From Eledone cirrhosa (lineage: Eukaryota): a DNA stretch of 64,000 nucleotides. Shown piece by piece: positions 33,626-45,960 of this stretch. The stretch covers positions 124,930,001-124,994,000 of the forward strand of contig OZ024744.1 of assembly GCA_964016885.1 (NCBI GenBank). The letters are read 5' to 3'. The notes below the pieces were generated by a model. The model had not been told where the DNA came from and did not search any database. It worked only from the letters and a program-made list of their open reading frames with translations. Position numbers and translations under genes: made by a program. The stretch's first letter is position 1. Each line of letters starts with the position of its first letter.

Positions 33626-36391
33626 TCAGGTGTAGTTTTGGCGTATTTCGGGAAGCATGAGTGTCTTAAAGGATGCAGTGTCTCGGCAGCTAACAATTGA
33701 CGCAGGCAGTTTGTTCCATGTTTCAGCAACTCTGAGCGTGAAAAAATGTCTGCGAAAGTCATGGGAGCTGTGCTGTTTTCTTATCTTGTAGGCATGTCCA
33801 CGTGTGTTAGACACATGGAGATCAAAGAGGCGCTCAGGGTTGCAGTTGGCGAGATGGTTAAAAACTTTGTGGGTATTCACCAAGTCCACTGCCAGATGTC
33901 GGAGCTTCAATGAATCCATGCCCAGGGAAGCAAGGCGTTCAGAGTATGGTAGGTGTCTGATGGAGGGTATGCGCTTGGTTGCACGTCTCTGAACAGCTTC
34001 CAGGAGGTCAATGTTCCGAGCAAGATAGGGGTTCCAGACTGATGATGCGAATTCCAAGTGTGGTCGCACCATAGCTGTATACAGTTTTAAATAGATGGCT
34101 GGAGAGCGGCTAACAAAGGTCTTGCTGAGTGATGCCAAGACACCCTCGGCCTTCTTGACAATCTTAGAGACATGCTTTGTCCAACGCAAATCGTTGCCGA
34201 CAGTAATGCCCAGGTCACGTTCACAAGAGGACTTTTTGATGTCAGTGTTGTGGAGGGAGTATGTGGACGCTGGATTTTTCCTTCCAAAATGCATGGTGGT
34301 ACACTTGTCCACAGCCAGCTTCAGTTGCCAGTCTGTGATCCATTGCTGCATTGTGTCCAGGTCTGATTTTAGGAAAGAGTTGTAAATTTCAGGATCAGTC
34401 CTTTTGATTTCAAGGTACAGCTTGATGTCATCTGCATATTTTAGTACCGTGGCATTCTGTAAGTTGGCATCTATGTCATTAATATATGCCACAAACAAAA
34501 GAGGACCAAGAACAGATCCCTGTGGTACACCAGATGACATCTCATATGGTGAAGAATGCTGTCCTAGAACCGTGACTACTTTCCTTCGGCTGAGAATGAA
34601 GGATTTCAGCCAGTCGAAAAGATCATCCCTCACACCCATTGCAGAGAGTTTTGCCATAAGTCTTTTGTGTGGCACAGAATTAAAAGCCTTAGCAAAGTCA
34701 AGGTAAACAACATCCACCCATGAGCCGCTGTCAGTGATCCGGGTGATGTCCTCAAGGAACTCGATAAGCTGATCACAGCAGCTGGAGTTAGGGATAAATC
34801 CAAACTGTGAGGGCCGGATGAGGCTGTGAGAGCTCCAGAAGTTCCAAAGTGTTTCTCTGACACAGGATTCCATCAGTTTGGCCATACAGCTAGTAAGACT
34901 GACTGGACGATAGTTGACAGGTGACATGCGGTTGCCCTTTTTGAACAGGGGAATGACACTGGCAGTTTTCCACTGCTCCGGAGTAGCACCATTGCTGAGA
35001 CAGTATTGAAAGAAAAAAGAAAGCTGGCGCAAAAGGAAATCCCCGCCACGTTTGAGAAGCAGGTATGTCACACCATCAAGACCAGGGGAGGCATAGTTGC
35101 GCTTATTCTTAAGGTGACGTCGCAACATTGCAGGTGTAAATTCCATAGTTGTTATGGAATTTGATGTTAGAGATGGTGGAGATGGTACATTCTGGTTTTC
35201 AACAGTAAAAATACTTGCATAGCACTCAGCAATGAGTTCTGCGCATTCCTTGGGATCGTCAGTGATCTGGCTTGTGTGGGGATTGCGAAGAGGACCAACT
35301 GGAGAGTGAGGTCTCTGCTTTGAATGAACATATTTCCAGAACACCTTACTGTCAGGATTGGTTGCGATGCACTGTTCAAATTCAAGCACTGCCTTCTTTG
35401 TCACTTGCTTGAGATGGTTAGAAGATTTATTCCGCTTTTTTCTGTTGGCATCTGATCTATGCAGTTTATATTCCCGTTCAGCGTTCCGACGTTCTTTCCT
35501 GGCAAGTCGGACTGCTGAAGTTTCCCAGATTGCACTTTTGGGGTGGTTATTTTTCCGCTTCCGTGGCACTGATGCTGCACACGCTATCCATATTGAGTCC
35601 AGGATGCTCTGGAGTATAGAGTTCACATCTCCAGAGTTATACATCTCATGCCAGTTTGGGCGCTGTAGCTCAGTGCAGTACAAGTTCCAATCCGCCCTCT
35701 TCCAATCAAAGCAAGCAGATTGGAGATGGCTCTGGTTTTTGTTGCTGCCCTCAAGTGCCAGATTGGCAATGATCATAGCATGATCAGAGTCGCCTAGAGG
35801 TTCCTCAGTAGTACAACTGATAACCACTTCAGGAGTAGTGGTGAAGATCAGGTCCAAAGTGTTGTCACCTCTTGTTGGAGAGGTGACTACTTGTGACCAG
35901 TTTGAGTCCAGCACTAGTTCAAGGAAATCGTTTGCACCCTGTGGCCAACGAAAGGTTTCCCAATCGATCTCAGGATGATTGAAGTCACCTGCAATAAACA
36001 CATAAGTGGCTGTTTTCTTGGCAGCAACTCTGAGGATATCGCAAAGCTGTGTGTCCTGATGGTAGTTTGGGGGGCGATAAACAACACCAAGCAGAAGTGT
36101 TGACATGGTCATACGTATGTCACAGAAAAAAACTTCTTCCTGTGATTCGTTCAAATCAACGCAAGGAATTACCGAAAAGTTTGAACGAACGTAGACCATC
36201 ACACCACCACCACGGCGGTTAATGCGGTCCTTGCGGAAAAGGTTGTACCCAGTAATGGTGAAAACCCCATCACAGAGTAAGGAATGTGCCCATGTTTCCG
36301 TGACTGTGATGAAGTCAGGGTCGATGCTTCTGACGTAGGATTCGAACAGATGTATCTTGTTGCATAAACTGCGAGCATTTAAGGACAACAA
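33626..36391 (-). CDS. LINE ORF2: APE endonuclease plus reverse transcriptase (921 codons, no initiator ATG)
   Basis: APE motifs NARS, TETW, GGGV, VYRPP, GDFN, LDL, SDH; RT motifs NYRPVSL, QFGF, YLDFAKAF, GVPQGSVLGP, YADD, ERDLG; CR1-type TRGH C-terminus; no stops. Confidence 0.95.
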   Translation of the reverse strand: MLSLNARSLCNKIHLFESYVRSIDPDFITVTETWAHSLLCDGVFTITGYNLFRKDRINRRGGGVMVYVRSNFSVIPCVDLNESQEEVFFCDIRMTMSTLLLGVVYRPPNYHQDTQLCDILRVAAKKTATYVFIAGDFNHPEIDWETFRWPQGANDFLELVLDSNWSQVVTSPTRGDNTLDLIFTTTPEVVISCTTEEPLGDSDHAMIIANLALEGSNKNQSHLQSACFDWKRADWNLYCTELQRPNWHEMYNSGDVNSILQSILDSIWIACAASVPRKRKNNHPKSAIWETSAVRLARKERRNAEREYKLHRSDANRKKRNKSSNHLKQVTKKAVLEFEQCIATNPDSKVFWKYVHSKQRPHSPVGPLRNPHTSQITDDPKECAELIAECYASIFTVENQNVPSPPSLTSNSITTMEFTPAMLRRHLKNKRNYASPGLDGVTYLLLKRGGDFLLRQLSFFFQYCLSNGATPEQWKTASVIPLFKKGNRMSPVNYRPVSLTSCMAKLMESCVRETLWNFWSSHSLIRPSQFGFIPNSSCCDQLIEFLEDITRITDSGSWVDVVYLDFAKAFNSVPHKRLMAKLSAMGVRDDLFDWLKSFILSRRKVVTVLGQHSSPYEMSSGVPQGSVLGPLLFVAYINDIDANLQNATVLKYADDIKLYLEIKRTDPEIYNSFLKSDLDTMQQWITDWQLKLAVDKCTTMHFGRKNPASTYSLHNTDIKKSSCERDLGITVGNDLRWTKHVSKIVKKAEGVLASLSKTFVSRSPAIYLKLYTAMVRPHLEFASSVWNPYLARNIDLLEAVQRRATKRIPSIRHLPYSERLASLGMDSLKLRHLAVDLVNTHKVFNHLANCNPERLFDLHVSNTRGHAYKIRKQHSSHDFRRHFFTLRVAETWNKLPASIVSCRDTASFKTLMLPEIRQNYT

Positions 36392-36447
36392 TTTGTACCC
36401 TGCTCGCAGTCTATGATGGTGTGTAGAGGGTGGCAGGTTGTTCTGGT

Positions 36448-36600
36448 TTAGTTTCCCAGAGTTGTAGCAGTTTTTACATTGCCAGTTATTGTGGGTAGAT
36501 CACACTCAGACCAGCTGGTATCTCTCTTCCACGTTTCACCCGCCTTGACAAACCTCCAGATCTGCCCATCATCACGCAGACTGAAACTTTCATCTTGTGC
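36448..36600 (-). CDS. Probable C-terminal remnant of LINE ORF1
   Basis: Open frame AQDESF...TATTLGN* runs from the 5' truncation point and overlaps the ORF2 frame. Confidence 0.5.
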   Translation of the reverse strand, partial: AQDESFSLRDDGQIWRFVKAGETWKRDTSWSECDLPTITGNVKTATTLGN

Positions 36601-36665
36601 TGTATATATATATATATACACACGTGTGTGTGTATTTATGTATATATATATATATACACACACAC

Positions 36666-36707
<42 letters not shown>

Positions 36708-39294
36708 GTGTGTGTGTGTATATATATTTATATATATATACACACACGTGTGTGTGTATATATATATATATATATACACGTGTGTGTGTATTTATATATA
36801 TATATATATACACACACACGTGTGTATATATATATGTATATATATATATCTGTCTCTCTCCCTGTCTCTCACTCTCCCTCTATCCCCCCTCTCTCTCTCT
36901 GTCTCTCTCTCCCCCCCCCCTCTCTCTCTAGTAGTAGAGAGAGACAAAGAGAGAGAGATATAAACGTATAACCCTAACCAAACCCTAACCCAACCCTAAC
37001 CCCAACCCTAACCCTAACCTAACCCTAACCCATCTCTCTCTCTCTCTCACCCCCTCTCTCTCTCTCTAGTAGTAGAGAGAGAGACAAAGAGAGAGAGAGA
37101 TATAAACGTATAACCCTAACCCAACCCTAACCTCTCTCTCTCTTCTCTCTCTCTCTCTCCCCTCTCTCTCTCTATTCCCCCCTCTCTATTTCCCCCCCTC
37201 TCTCTCTAGTAGTAGAGAGAGAGAGAGAGAGAGAGATATAAACGTATAACCCTAACCCAACCCTAACCCTAACCCAACCCCAACCCTAACCCATCTCTCT
37301 CTCTCTCTCTCTCTCTCTCTTTGTTTTTAACATTGTTTTGTTTTTCTTTTCTTTTCTTATTCAGATGACAAACGGCAGAGGATACAACAGAAGAAAAGAA
37401 CAAAGATAATTATTATTATTATTACTATTATTATTTGTTTTATTATAATCAAAATATGCTGTTAGTTAGATCTGCATTGCGTACATTTTATATAATTTAT
37501 GCCAGTTCCTTTTCTGCATATCGAACATGGCCATTTCCCTGACGGAATAGAGTTTTGTCCTCTTTCGTGACACAAAGTACAGCCAGCGGCATCATTGCGG
37601 ACAGACTTAATCCCGAATTGCACTGACACACTGCCTCGCAATACGGAACACCGCACGTCTTTGATCTTCTTCCCGTCGATCAGCCTCCTTGCCATGCTAA
37701 GTACACCTGACGTCTAGCTTCTCTCTTAGCGGCGGCTTTATATTCTTCTCTACTCCCACTAATTTTCCAAGCATTCCATGCTAGCCTTTAGTCTCCAATG
37801 GCCCGATCTACCGTGCTGTCCCACCACCATGTCACTCTCTGTCTGGTTGGAACTCTGATCCAGCCACAAGTTTAATCAGTAGCCTGCAATAAGTTGTCAC
37901 ATAAGAAAATCGAGTTCTCATGTATGTCATACGACTGTGAATCGTCTTCTTTTTCGTCATACACATATTGAAGGGCTTTCCTAAATTTCTATTTTAGTGA
38001 AATCTCTTTTAGCTTCCAGACCTTTCTTTTTTCCACATCTTCCTGTATGTCTCAATCATACCTGGAGCTGTCCAACATGACCATTGAAATCCCCTGCTAG
38101 CATAACGATGTCTCCGTCCTGTCATTGTGGCTGTTTGTAAAAATTGCTTGTAAATGAAGTCTTTCTTTTCTTTACCTAGCAGAAGCAATTAACACTAACC
38201 CAACTGTAACACTAACCCTAACACTAACTTATGCAGGCCTAGGTAAAGACAAGAAAGATAAAACAAGGAGTGATGCTTCTTGAATTTTGTGATGCAAGTG
38301 TTTTAACCATTTGCAAAACCAACTTCCACAAACCTGCCTCACTGCCGCCTAATAACCTACAAATCAGGCAAGCACAGAAGCCGGATTTCTCGGTAGTTAG
38401 GCAGCGAGACAGACAGATGGGGTGTGAAGTACCAGGGTGTGCCCCGGGGAGGAATGTTTCCCACAGCGTGGGTTGGTTGTTGGTGATGTCTCGGTTATCT
38501 TGAGACGGAGTGAGACGTGCAGGAATACTCTCACGGAATCGCCAAATGAGGTTTATTTTTCAACATAGTCCCTGGAATGAAACAATGTGGTTATTAAGAA
38601 GAATTGAAATTAATGTAAGATTTCACAGATCTATGATCAATCCTTCACAGTCAGCTTACAAAGTTTTCAGCCAAACCTTGTGTATTTCCAACATTTCAAA
38701 CCCTATCTAGGACTACATTATCTAATGTACAGTACAGTAGTTAGTATTAGTGGCTATCAGACATAGTGTATCTAAATGCAACATTTTTAACATTGTTTTT
38801 TTTTTCTTTTCTTTTCTTTTCTTATTCAGATGACAGACGGCAGAGGATACAATAGAAGAAAAGAACAATGATAATTATTATTATTATTATTGTTGTTATT
38901 CCTTGAATCTCAGTCATTGATGTTGGTTAACTGGAAAGTCCGTTGGAATGAATATCAAGCCACTACCTGCAGCCTCAGATATTCAGGACGTATCGGAGGG
39001 TTCTTGCTGTTCCAAGCAAGCATGCCTTTTGAAGCGTTCCAAAAAGCGTGAAGGGGCCGATTTTCTTTAACCATCCCTGGAAACTTTTGGAGATGGACAA
39101 AAAACTGGAACACAATAGACCTGACCTGGTGGTTGTGGACAAAGAAAAAAGATCGTGTCTGATTGTGGATGTGGCCTGCCCGTTCAACACGAGAGTGCAA
39201 GAGAAGGAGAGGGAGAAAATTAACCGATACCAGGACCTAAAGTGGGAGGTGAAAAGGATTTGGAACTGCCATGAAGTCAAAGTGATCCCGATTG

Positions 39295-39338
<44 letters not shown>

Positions 39339-40850
39339 TATTATTTGTTTTATTATAATCAAAATATGCTGTTAGTTAGATCTGCATTGTGTACATTTTA
39401 TATAATTTATGCCAGTTCCTTTTCTACATATCGAACATGGCCATTTCCCTGACGGAATAGAGTTTTGTCCTCTTTTCTACTCATCAACACTCATTCGTGA
39501 CACAAAGTACAGCCAGCGGCATCATTGCGGACAGACTTAATCCTGATTTGCACTGACACACTGCCTCGCAATACGGAACACCGCACGTCTTTGATCTTCT
39601 TCCCGTCGATCAGCCTCCTTGCCATGCAAAGTACACCTGACGTCTAGCTTCTCTCTTAGCGGCGGCGGCTGTATATTCTTCTCTACTCCCACTAATTTTC
39701 CAAGCATTCCATGCTAGTCTTTAGTCTCCAATGGCCCGATCTACAGTTTCTGTCTCAACTCGTCTATGCTTGGTCGTTCCCGCACATTGACATTGCACAT
39801 CCAACGGAGCATGCTTGCTTCATTTCTCTCCAGCCGTCGCATGTCCTCTGCAGTTGCTGCCCGTGTCTCACTACCATGCAGCATCGCGCATCTAAACCTG
39901 GCCCTTACCCTAACCCCAACCTCTTTGGTTTTCGTTTTCTCGACGGCTAGCCGCATTTCGTGATCCGCCTTTCGATTGCGCTTCCGTCGCGGCAAAAGAA
40001 TTGCCTTTCCAGACCGCCGTCGCCCGACCGGACCCATGATAGAAGACGTTCGTTACCGTTGGAGCAACGCAAATTACTCCTCGGTTGACGCCAAAAACGA
40101 ACGCCTTCCCGCCTCGCGCCGCCTTCTCCTCGCCGACCCTCGGCCTCGACGATTAGCCACTTTCCGTCACAGCAGTAGATACGCGTCCGTCGTAATAGCC
40201 GTCATTTTAACGCAGGAGAAACGCCTAATTGCCCTGCACCGCGTTTGACGGCGATCTACGACGGCGACGATGCGCGCACTCTTCCTTGCTGCGACGAAGG
40301 TTTCGGCTTTTCGTCGTGGACCCGGTCAGGTCATGCCGCTGACCTCGCGTTACGGCGACGCGAGAAGACGTTCGTTACCGCTGGAGCAACGCAAATTACT
40401 CCTCGGTTGACGCCAAAAACGAACGCCTCGCGCCGCCGCTTCCTCCTCGGCCTCGACGATTAGCCGCTTTCCGTCACAGCAGTAGATACGCGTCCATCGT
40501 AATAGCCGTCATTTTAACGCAGGAGAAACGCCTTGACGACGATATACGACGGGTCGACGACGCGCGCACTCTTTCTGCTGCGACGAAGGTTTTGGCTTTT
40601 CGTTGTGGACCCGGTCGGGTCATGCCTCTGACCTCGCGTTGCGTCGCCACCGCCGCGGCGGGCTTGGGTTTAGCCGTAGCTACCCTCGTTTTGCCAACGG
40701 CGACGCGAGAAGACGTTCGTTACCGCTGGAGCAACGCAAATTACTCCTCGGATGAGGCCAAAAACGAACGCTGAAGAGATATTGTCCATGGATATCGGGA
40801 ATTTTACCCGCCCTAGATAGATAGATAGATAGGGATGTATGTATGTATGT

Positions 40851-40890
<40 letters not shown>

Positions 40891-41269
40891 GTATGTATCT
40901 TTCTCATTCTCTCTGTATGTATGTATGTATGTATATATATATAATTATATATTTATAGACATCCTGAAAGCTTTTTAAATGTCTGAGAGATTGGCTAAAT
41001 ATGTTTTGCAGGTATGACCAGTAAGAGAGAGGTAAGTTATTTCAAAACAATTCTTTGACCATTATTTTAAGGTACTATCTCAGTGTATTTTTAAATTGAC
41101 CTCTTGATAGGATGAAATGACCTGTATAATTTTTTTCATATTTAGATGGAATAGAAGAAAAACAAGAAAAATGAAATGAATTCAAACAGAAAATATACAC
41201 CAATGCCAATGGAGGTATGATTTCAGTTTAATCTTAACCTAATGACCACTTTACAGAGTGTACTGGATA

Positions 41270-41344
<75 letters not shown>

Positions 41345-44300
41345 AGGAAGCTCCAACCGTTAAGGTTGTCTTTCCATTTATTAATATATTGTGTATTTAC
41401 TCCACTAAACTGTTGAGTGCTTTATATCAGTTATAAAAAAATTTCAGCTTGTTGAATCCCAAAATAGTTGTTGAAACAGCCACAGCTCAGCCGTCGGGGT
41501 CCTGAATATTTATCATATATATATACGTATGAGTGTGTGTGTTTTGAGAATTAATAATTATATAAACAAGTTTGTAATGAACAATTTATTTCTTATCAAA
41601 ACTGTATAAACATGATATTATTTACAGTAAGAATAACAATAATAATGATGGTTTCTAGTAAAGGTGGAAGGCCAGTAATTTGGGGGAGGGGAAAGTTGAT
41701 TAAATCGAAGAGAGAAAGAAAGAAAAAACAGAACGGGAAGGAGAGGGGATGGCAAGAGGTCCGGTGTCGCAGGAGAGAGGGGAGGGTGGTTGAGCTTTGA
41801 GTCTAGGGCAAGAGGGCAGAAATGCTGCGCCCCACGGATAAGACGGCAAAAATATTCTCGCGGACGATGGCCAGAGATACCCAATGCAACAACCACCCAA
41901 CCTCGCGGTGTTCCCTCCTCAGATGGGCTGCTGACTCTCCGATCTTTTGGAGGAGCTCGGCAGTACAAGGTCCAAGTACTCCTGGGGTCTCGACGTTGAC
42001 TGGTGCAGAGAGGAAGTGGCCGGACAATCCTCGGTATTTGTTTATTTTACGTTCTTCTGCGAGGTGGGCTGCGATGCCGGGGTTTGTGACCGAAACGACT
42101 TGGAAACGAAGTTGTAGGCGGAGATTGTGTCGTAGCTGGTGGTGTCCCAGATGAGGGACCTACGTCCTTCGAATGGGAAGAGAGTGATTCCGTCGGGGCG
42201 CTTGCCATCTCCGGGACCTGTTGGCCCCAGTTGTGATGGGAAGCCAGCTGCGTCCAGGCTTCTTCTCAATATGTCGTTGACAACGACGTGTATCTATTCA
42301 ATAATTATTTGAATATTGAAATTTTAGGTTTAACTACCTTTTAAACCAAATACATTAAGAAAGGCATGACCAACACCACATCATTTTTATTTCTATTTTG
42401 AAAGTAGGTTTATAAGTATTAAATTTCAGTAGATTCTTATATCCTTCATGGTGGTCTGGTGGGAGATACGAGAGATGGTGGAGGTTCTGGTCTGGGGTTC
42501 AATCCTGCTCAGGAGATACTCTAAGGGGGTTCATACTAAACTTCTTCAGTGTTTCTTATCTCTAGAGACAAATATATATACATAAGGTAATCTGGTAAAG
42601 TTGTTAGAACATCACATAGAATTCTTTGTAGTATTTTTTCCAGTTCTTCAATCTGAGTTCAACTTTACTTTTCTTCCATTCGGGGTTGATAATAACGTAC
42701 CAGTCAAATACTAGGGGTTAATTCTTCCTCTATATCTCTTTCTCACTCTCTGTCTGTTTTATTAAGACCTGGAGAGGTGATGTACTCTACCAGGTTTTAT
42801 AATGAGTGATGGGGTCATACCTGCCTGCTACACCTCTGTGTACTAAGTGTAGCATATTATATCCTTGTTCAGGGCCTTCCTGACATTACTGTGTACTAAG
42901 GGTAGCATTTTATATCCTTGTTCAGGGCCATCTTAACATTGCTGTGTACTAAGTGTAGCATATTATATCCTTGTTCGGGGCCTTCCTGACATTAGTGTGT
43001 ACTGAGTGTAGATTTTAACATCCTTGTTCTGGGCCTTCCTAACATTACTGTGTACTGAGTGTAGATTTTAACATCTTTGTTCAGAGCCTTCCTTACATTA
43101 CTGTGTACTAAGTGTAGCATTTCATATACTTGTTCTGGGCCTTCCTAACGTTACTGTGGAAATAGTAGTTTATATCCAATATGTAATATAGATATGGATT
43201 CTACAGGACTAAAACTCATTAATATGAGGGGTATTAGTAGATTATATGCCATATTTAATAGAGAAATGGCTTCTACAAGACTAAAACTCATTAATATGAG
43301 GGGTATTACAGTTTATATGCCATATTTAATACAGAAATGGCTTCTAAAGGACTAGAACTCTTTAAATTGAATAAAATAGTAGTATATATCCTATGTTTAA
43401 TACAGAAATGCCTTCTAAAGGACTCATTAATATGAGGGTATTAGTAGATTATATAACATATTTAATACAGAAATGGCTTTTAAATTCAGGGACTCGTTAA
43501 TTTGATGGAAATAGTAGTGTCTATGCAATATTTAATACAGAAATAGCTTCTACAGGACTAAAACTAATTAATATGAGGGGTATTAGTAGTATATGTGCCA
43601 TATTTAATACAGAGATGGCTTCTAAATGGAGGTATCTCATTAATTCGATTGAAATGGTAGTGTATATGCAATATTTAATACAGAAATAGCTTCTACAAGA
43701 ATAAAACTCATTAATATGAAGGTTATTATTACATTATATGCCATATTTAATACAGAAATCGGTTCTAAAGGACTAGAACTCTTTAATTCAAATCAAATAG
43801 TAGTATAAAGCAATATTTACTACAGAAATGGCTTCTACAAGACTAAAAATCCTTAATATGAGGGGTATTGTTAGATTATATACCATATTTAATACAGAAA
43901 TGGCTTCTAAATGAAGAAATCTCTTTAATTCGATAGTAATAGTAATAATAATAATAGTAATAGTAATAATACAGCCAATTTTCCACGCAATACTTTTAGT
44001 TAGCACCCCGAACGCATAATTGGGAATATAATCACTTATTTCCTAATGTTTGTTGAGTGAGTTGGGAAAAAAAACTTGGGAAATATATTTTCAGGGTCTC
44101 AAAATCTTAAAGAGAAAAAAAAGTCCTGTGGAAGGTAGCAAAACAATTAGGAAGAAAATGGTTTGAAGTTGGTTGGTGAGTATAAGATTACAGTATCTTG
44201 TTGATTTCTATAAAGTTTACTTTTAACTGAATTGGTAAAAATGGATAAATTAGAAGACACAATATAATAACTAATATTGTCTTCTAAAACAGGGAATAAA

Positions 44301-44605
44301 AATATGTTGGTGTATTGGGGGGGGGGGGTAAACATGTGAGTTAATGGGAATGTTTTTGTTTGTTTTTATTGAAACATATTCAATCTACAGATAGGTTGTT
44401 ATAGTTATTTAGTCTCGGGTCTGCCATTATCTGCAGATTTATAATTGAGGGGTGTTCCAGGTGTGACCACCCTACATTATTCCTAGAGATTGTTACTCCT
44501 TCATTCTTCAGTCATCTTGGTCTTCTTATGAGATGGTGGTGTAGTCTTATTTATTGTTAAGGTTATGGTCTTCCTTTGTCCACACTCTCTATCTATCTAT
44601 CTATC

Positions 44606-45745
44606 TGGAACGAGGTTACGAACAAGGTGTTTGCACTAACCCAGAAATGGGCCAAGTGTAAGCTGTCCCTAAAAGGCCGGGCGGAGGTGGCGAACATTTA
44701 CATAGCGTCCGTCACTTACTACCGCCTGACTGTCGTGCCTTGCCCTAAGGAAACACTCACCACCATGGAACGCATGCTCTTCCAATTTCTTTGGAAGAAG
44801 CGTCCTCCTATGGTGAGAAGATCCATCTGCTGCCAACAACCTTCGAAAGGAGGGCTGGGGATGCCGTGGTTGATGATGCGTAGGCACGCATTAAGGCTAC
44901 GGCACCTACAGGTATTCCTCACTGGTCAACCGGTGTGGGCTCCGTTCGTGAAACGAGCCTTTCCGAGACTCGTCTCACTCACCGAGCTACAGTCCTGGGT
45001 CAAGCAAAGATCCGGAAAACTGGGAGACTGGCACACTGAGTGTGCTCAGGCGCTCAGGGCTCTCTGGCAAGCGGGCCGGGCCATCGGTGGAGAATCCACC
45101 TCATCATTCTATAGAGGGCTGGTGGCTAGCAGGGGCGATGACACCCTTGGAGAGTCGCTGGACATGGAAGAAGACGAACTGGCCAGCCTGTTCGGTAGGA
45201 CTTTCGGCCCGGGACCAATGGACAACTTCCAGAAGTCACTGGCCTGGCAGTGCTACCGAGGGGCTCTACCCGTTCGAGAGAGGCTCTACAGACACGGGCG
45301 CCCGGGCAGGGATCCCTCAAAAAAGATTTGCCCTAGGTGCGTGCGTCACGAAGAAACCGTGGCGCACGCATTGGTGCAATGTCCTGGCGTGGCTGATCTG
45401 TGGGGCTACGCCGAACAACTGCTGTCGCGGGTGGCGCCGATTAAATTGACCGCCGAGTCCGTGATGACAATCAAACCGCCTCCCCTCTTCACAAAGGAAG
45501 CAAAGGCGGTTTTTCTGTGCGTAATAGCCATGTTGAAAGAGGTTGTTTGGTGGACACGATTGAAAGGTCTGAGGTCAGGCAACTTCCTCTCTGGCCATAG
45601 TCTGGTCTACTTCTTCCGATATCACTTCGGAAGAAGGATAAGAATGGAGAGAGAGGTGCTTGGCCACAGGCAGTTTTATGAAAGGTGGGTGATAGTGGCG
45701 AGAATGGCTCGTGTAAATGGGCCTTCTCTGTATACCATCCTGTAG
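44606..45745 (+). CDS. Tx1-like ORF2 C-terminal part with a CCHC zinc knuckle (zf-RVT-like); no true start codon
   Basis: LSLKGRAEVAN...FQFLW...KGGLGMP and CPRC..EETVAHALVQC; ~379 uninterrupted codons. Confidence 0.85.
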   Translation, partial: WNEVTNKVFALTQKWAKCKLSLKGRAEVANIYIASVTYYRLTVVPCPKETLTTMERMLFQFLWKKRPPMVRRSICCQQPSKGGLGMPWLMMRRHALRLRHLQVFLTGQPVWAPFVKRAFPRLVSLTELQSWVKQRSGKLGDWHTECAQALRALWQAGRAIGGESTSSFYRGLVASRGDDTLGESLDMEEDELASLFGRTFGPGPMDNFQKSLAWQCYRGALPVRERLYRHGRPGRDPSKKICPRCVRHEETVAHALVQCPGVADLWGYAEQLLSRVAPIKLTAESVMTIKPPPLFTKEAKAVFLCVIAMLKEVVWWTRLKGLRSGNFLSGHSLVYFFRYHFGRRIRMEREVLGHRQFYERWVIVARMARVNGPSLYTIL

Positions 45746-45960
45746 GTAAAGAAGTAAAGGAGAGGGGAGCACCTTCTCCATGTGCTCCCCGGGCAAAGGA
45801 TTGCACACTTTTTCGGGGGTGTGTGCAACCCCCATCACGTCCCCTCCCTTTTGAGGTTATTTTCGATTATTTTCATGTTACACCCTTTTTACTCGATTAT
45901 ATGTAAACTCCCCCTTTGTATTTGTCCCTTCTTTTTATGCCTTTATGGTAAATAAAGAAA
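44606..45960 (+). mobile_element. 5'-truncated Tx1-like (L1 group) non-LTR retrotransposon in (TATC)n; present only in copy 2
   Basis: Empty site at 8967-9002 is (TATC)9; the element ends ...aataaagaaa and TATC repeats resume. Confidence 0.88.

Larger units (their letters stand above)
33476..36602 (-). mobile_element. Young CR1-type LINE, 5'-truncated, with (ATT)n tail; present only in copy 2
   Basis: Absent from the equivalent microsatellite at 650-985; intact ORF2; the 3' UTR ends in tcattattattattatt. Confidence 0.93.

Noticed and set aside
33804-35783. Antisense and alternative-frame ORFs within the CR1 element
   Set aside because: They are short shadows of the long ORF2 with no independent motifs.
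44576-44605. Listed start of the 389-aa ORF (MSTLSIYLSI)
   Set aside because: It lies in flanking DNA and (TATC)n that is also present at the empty site; the element is 5'-truncated.
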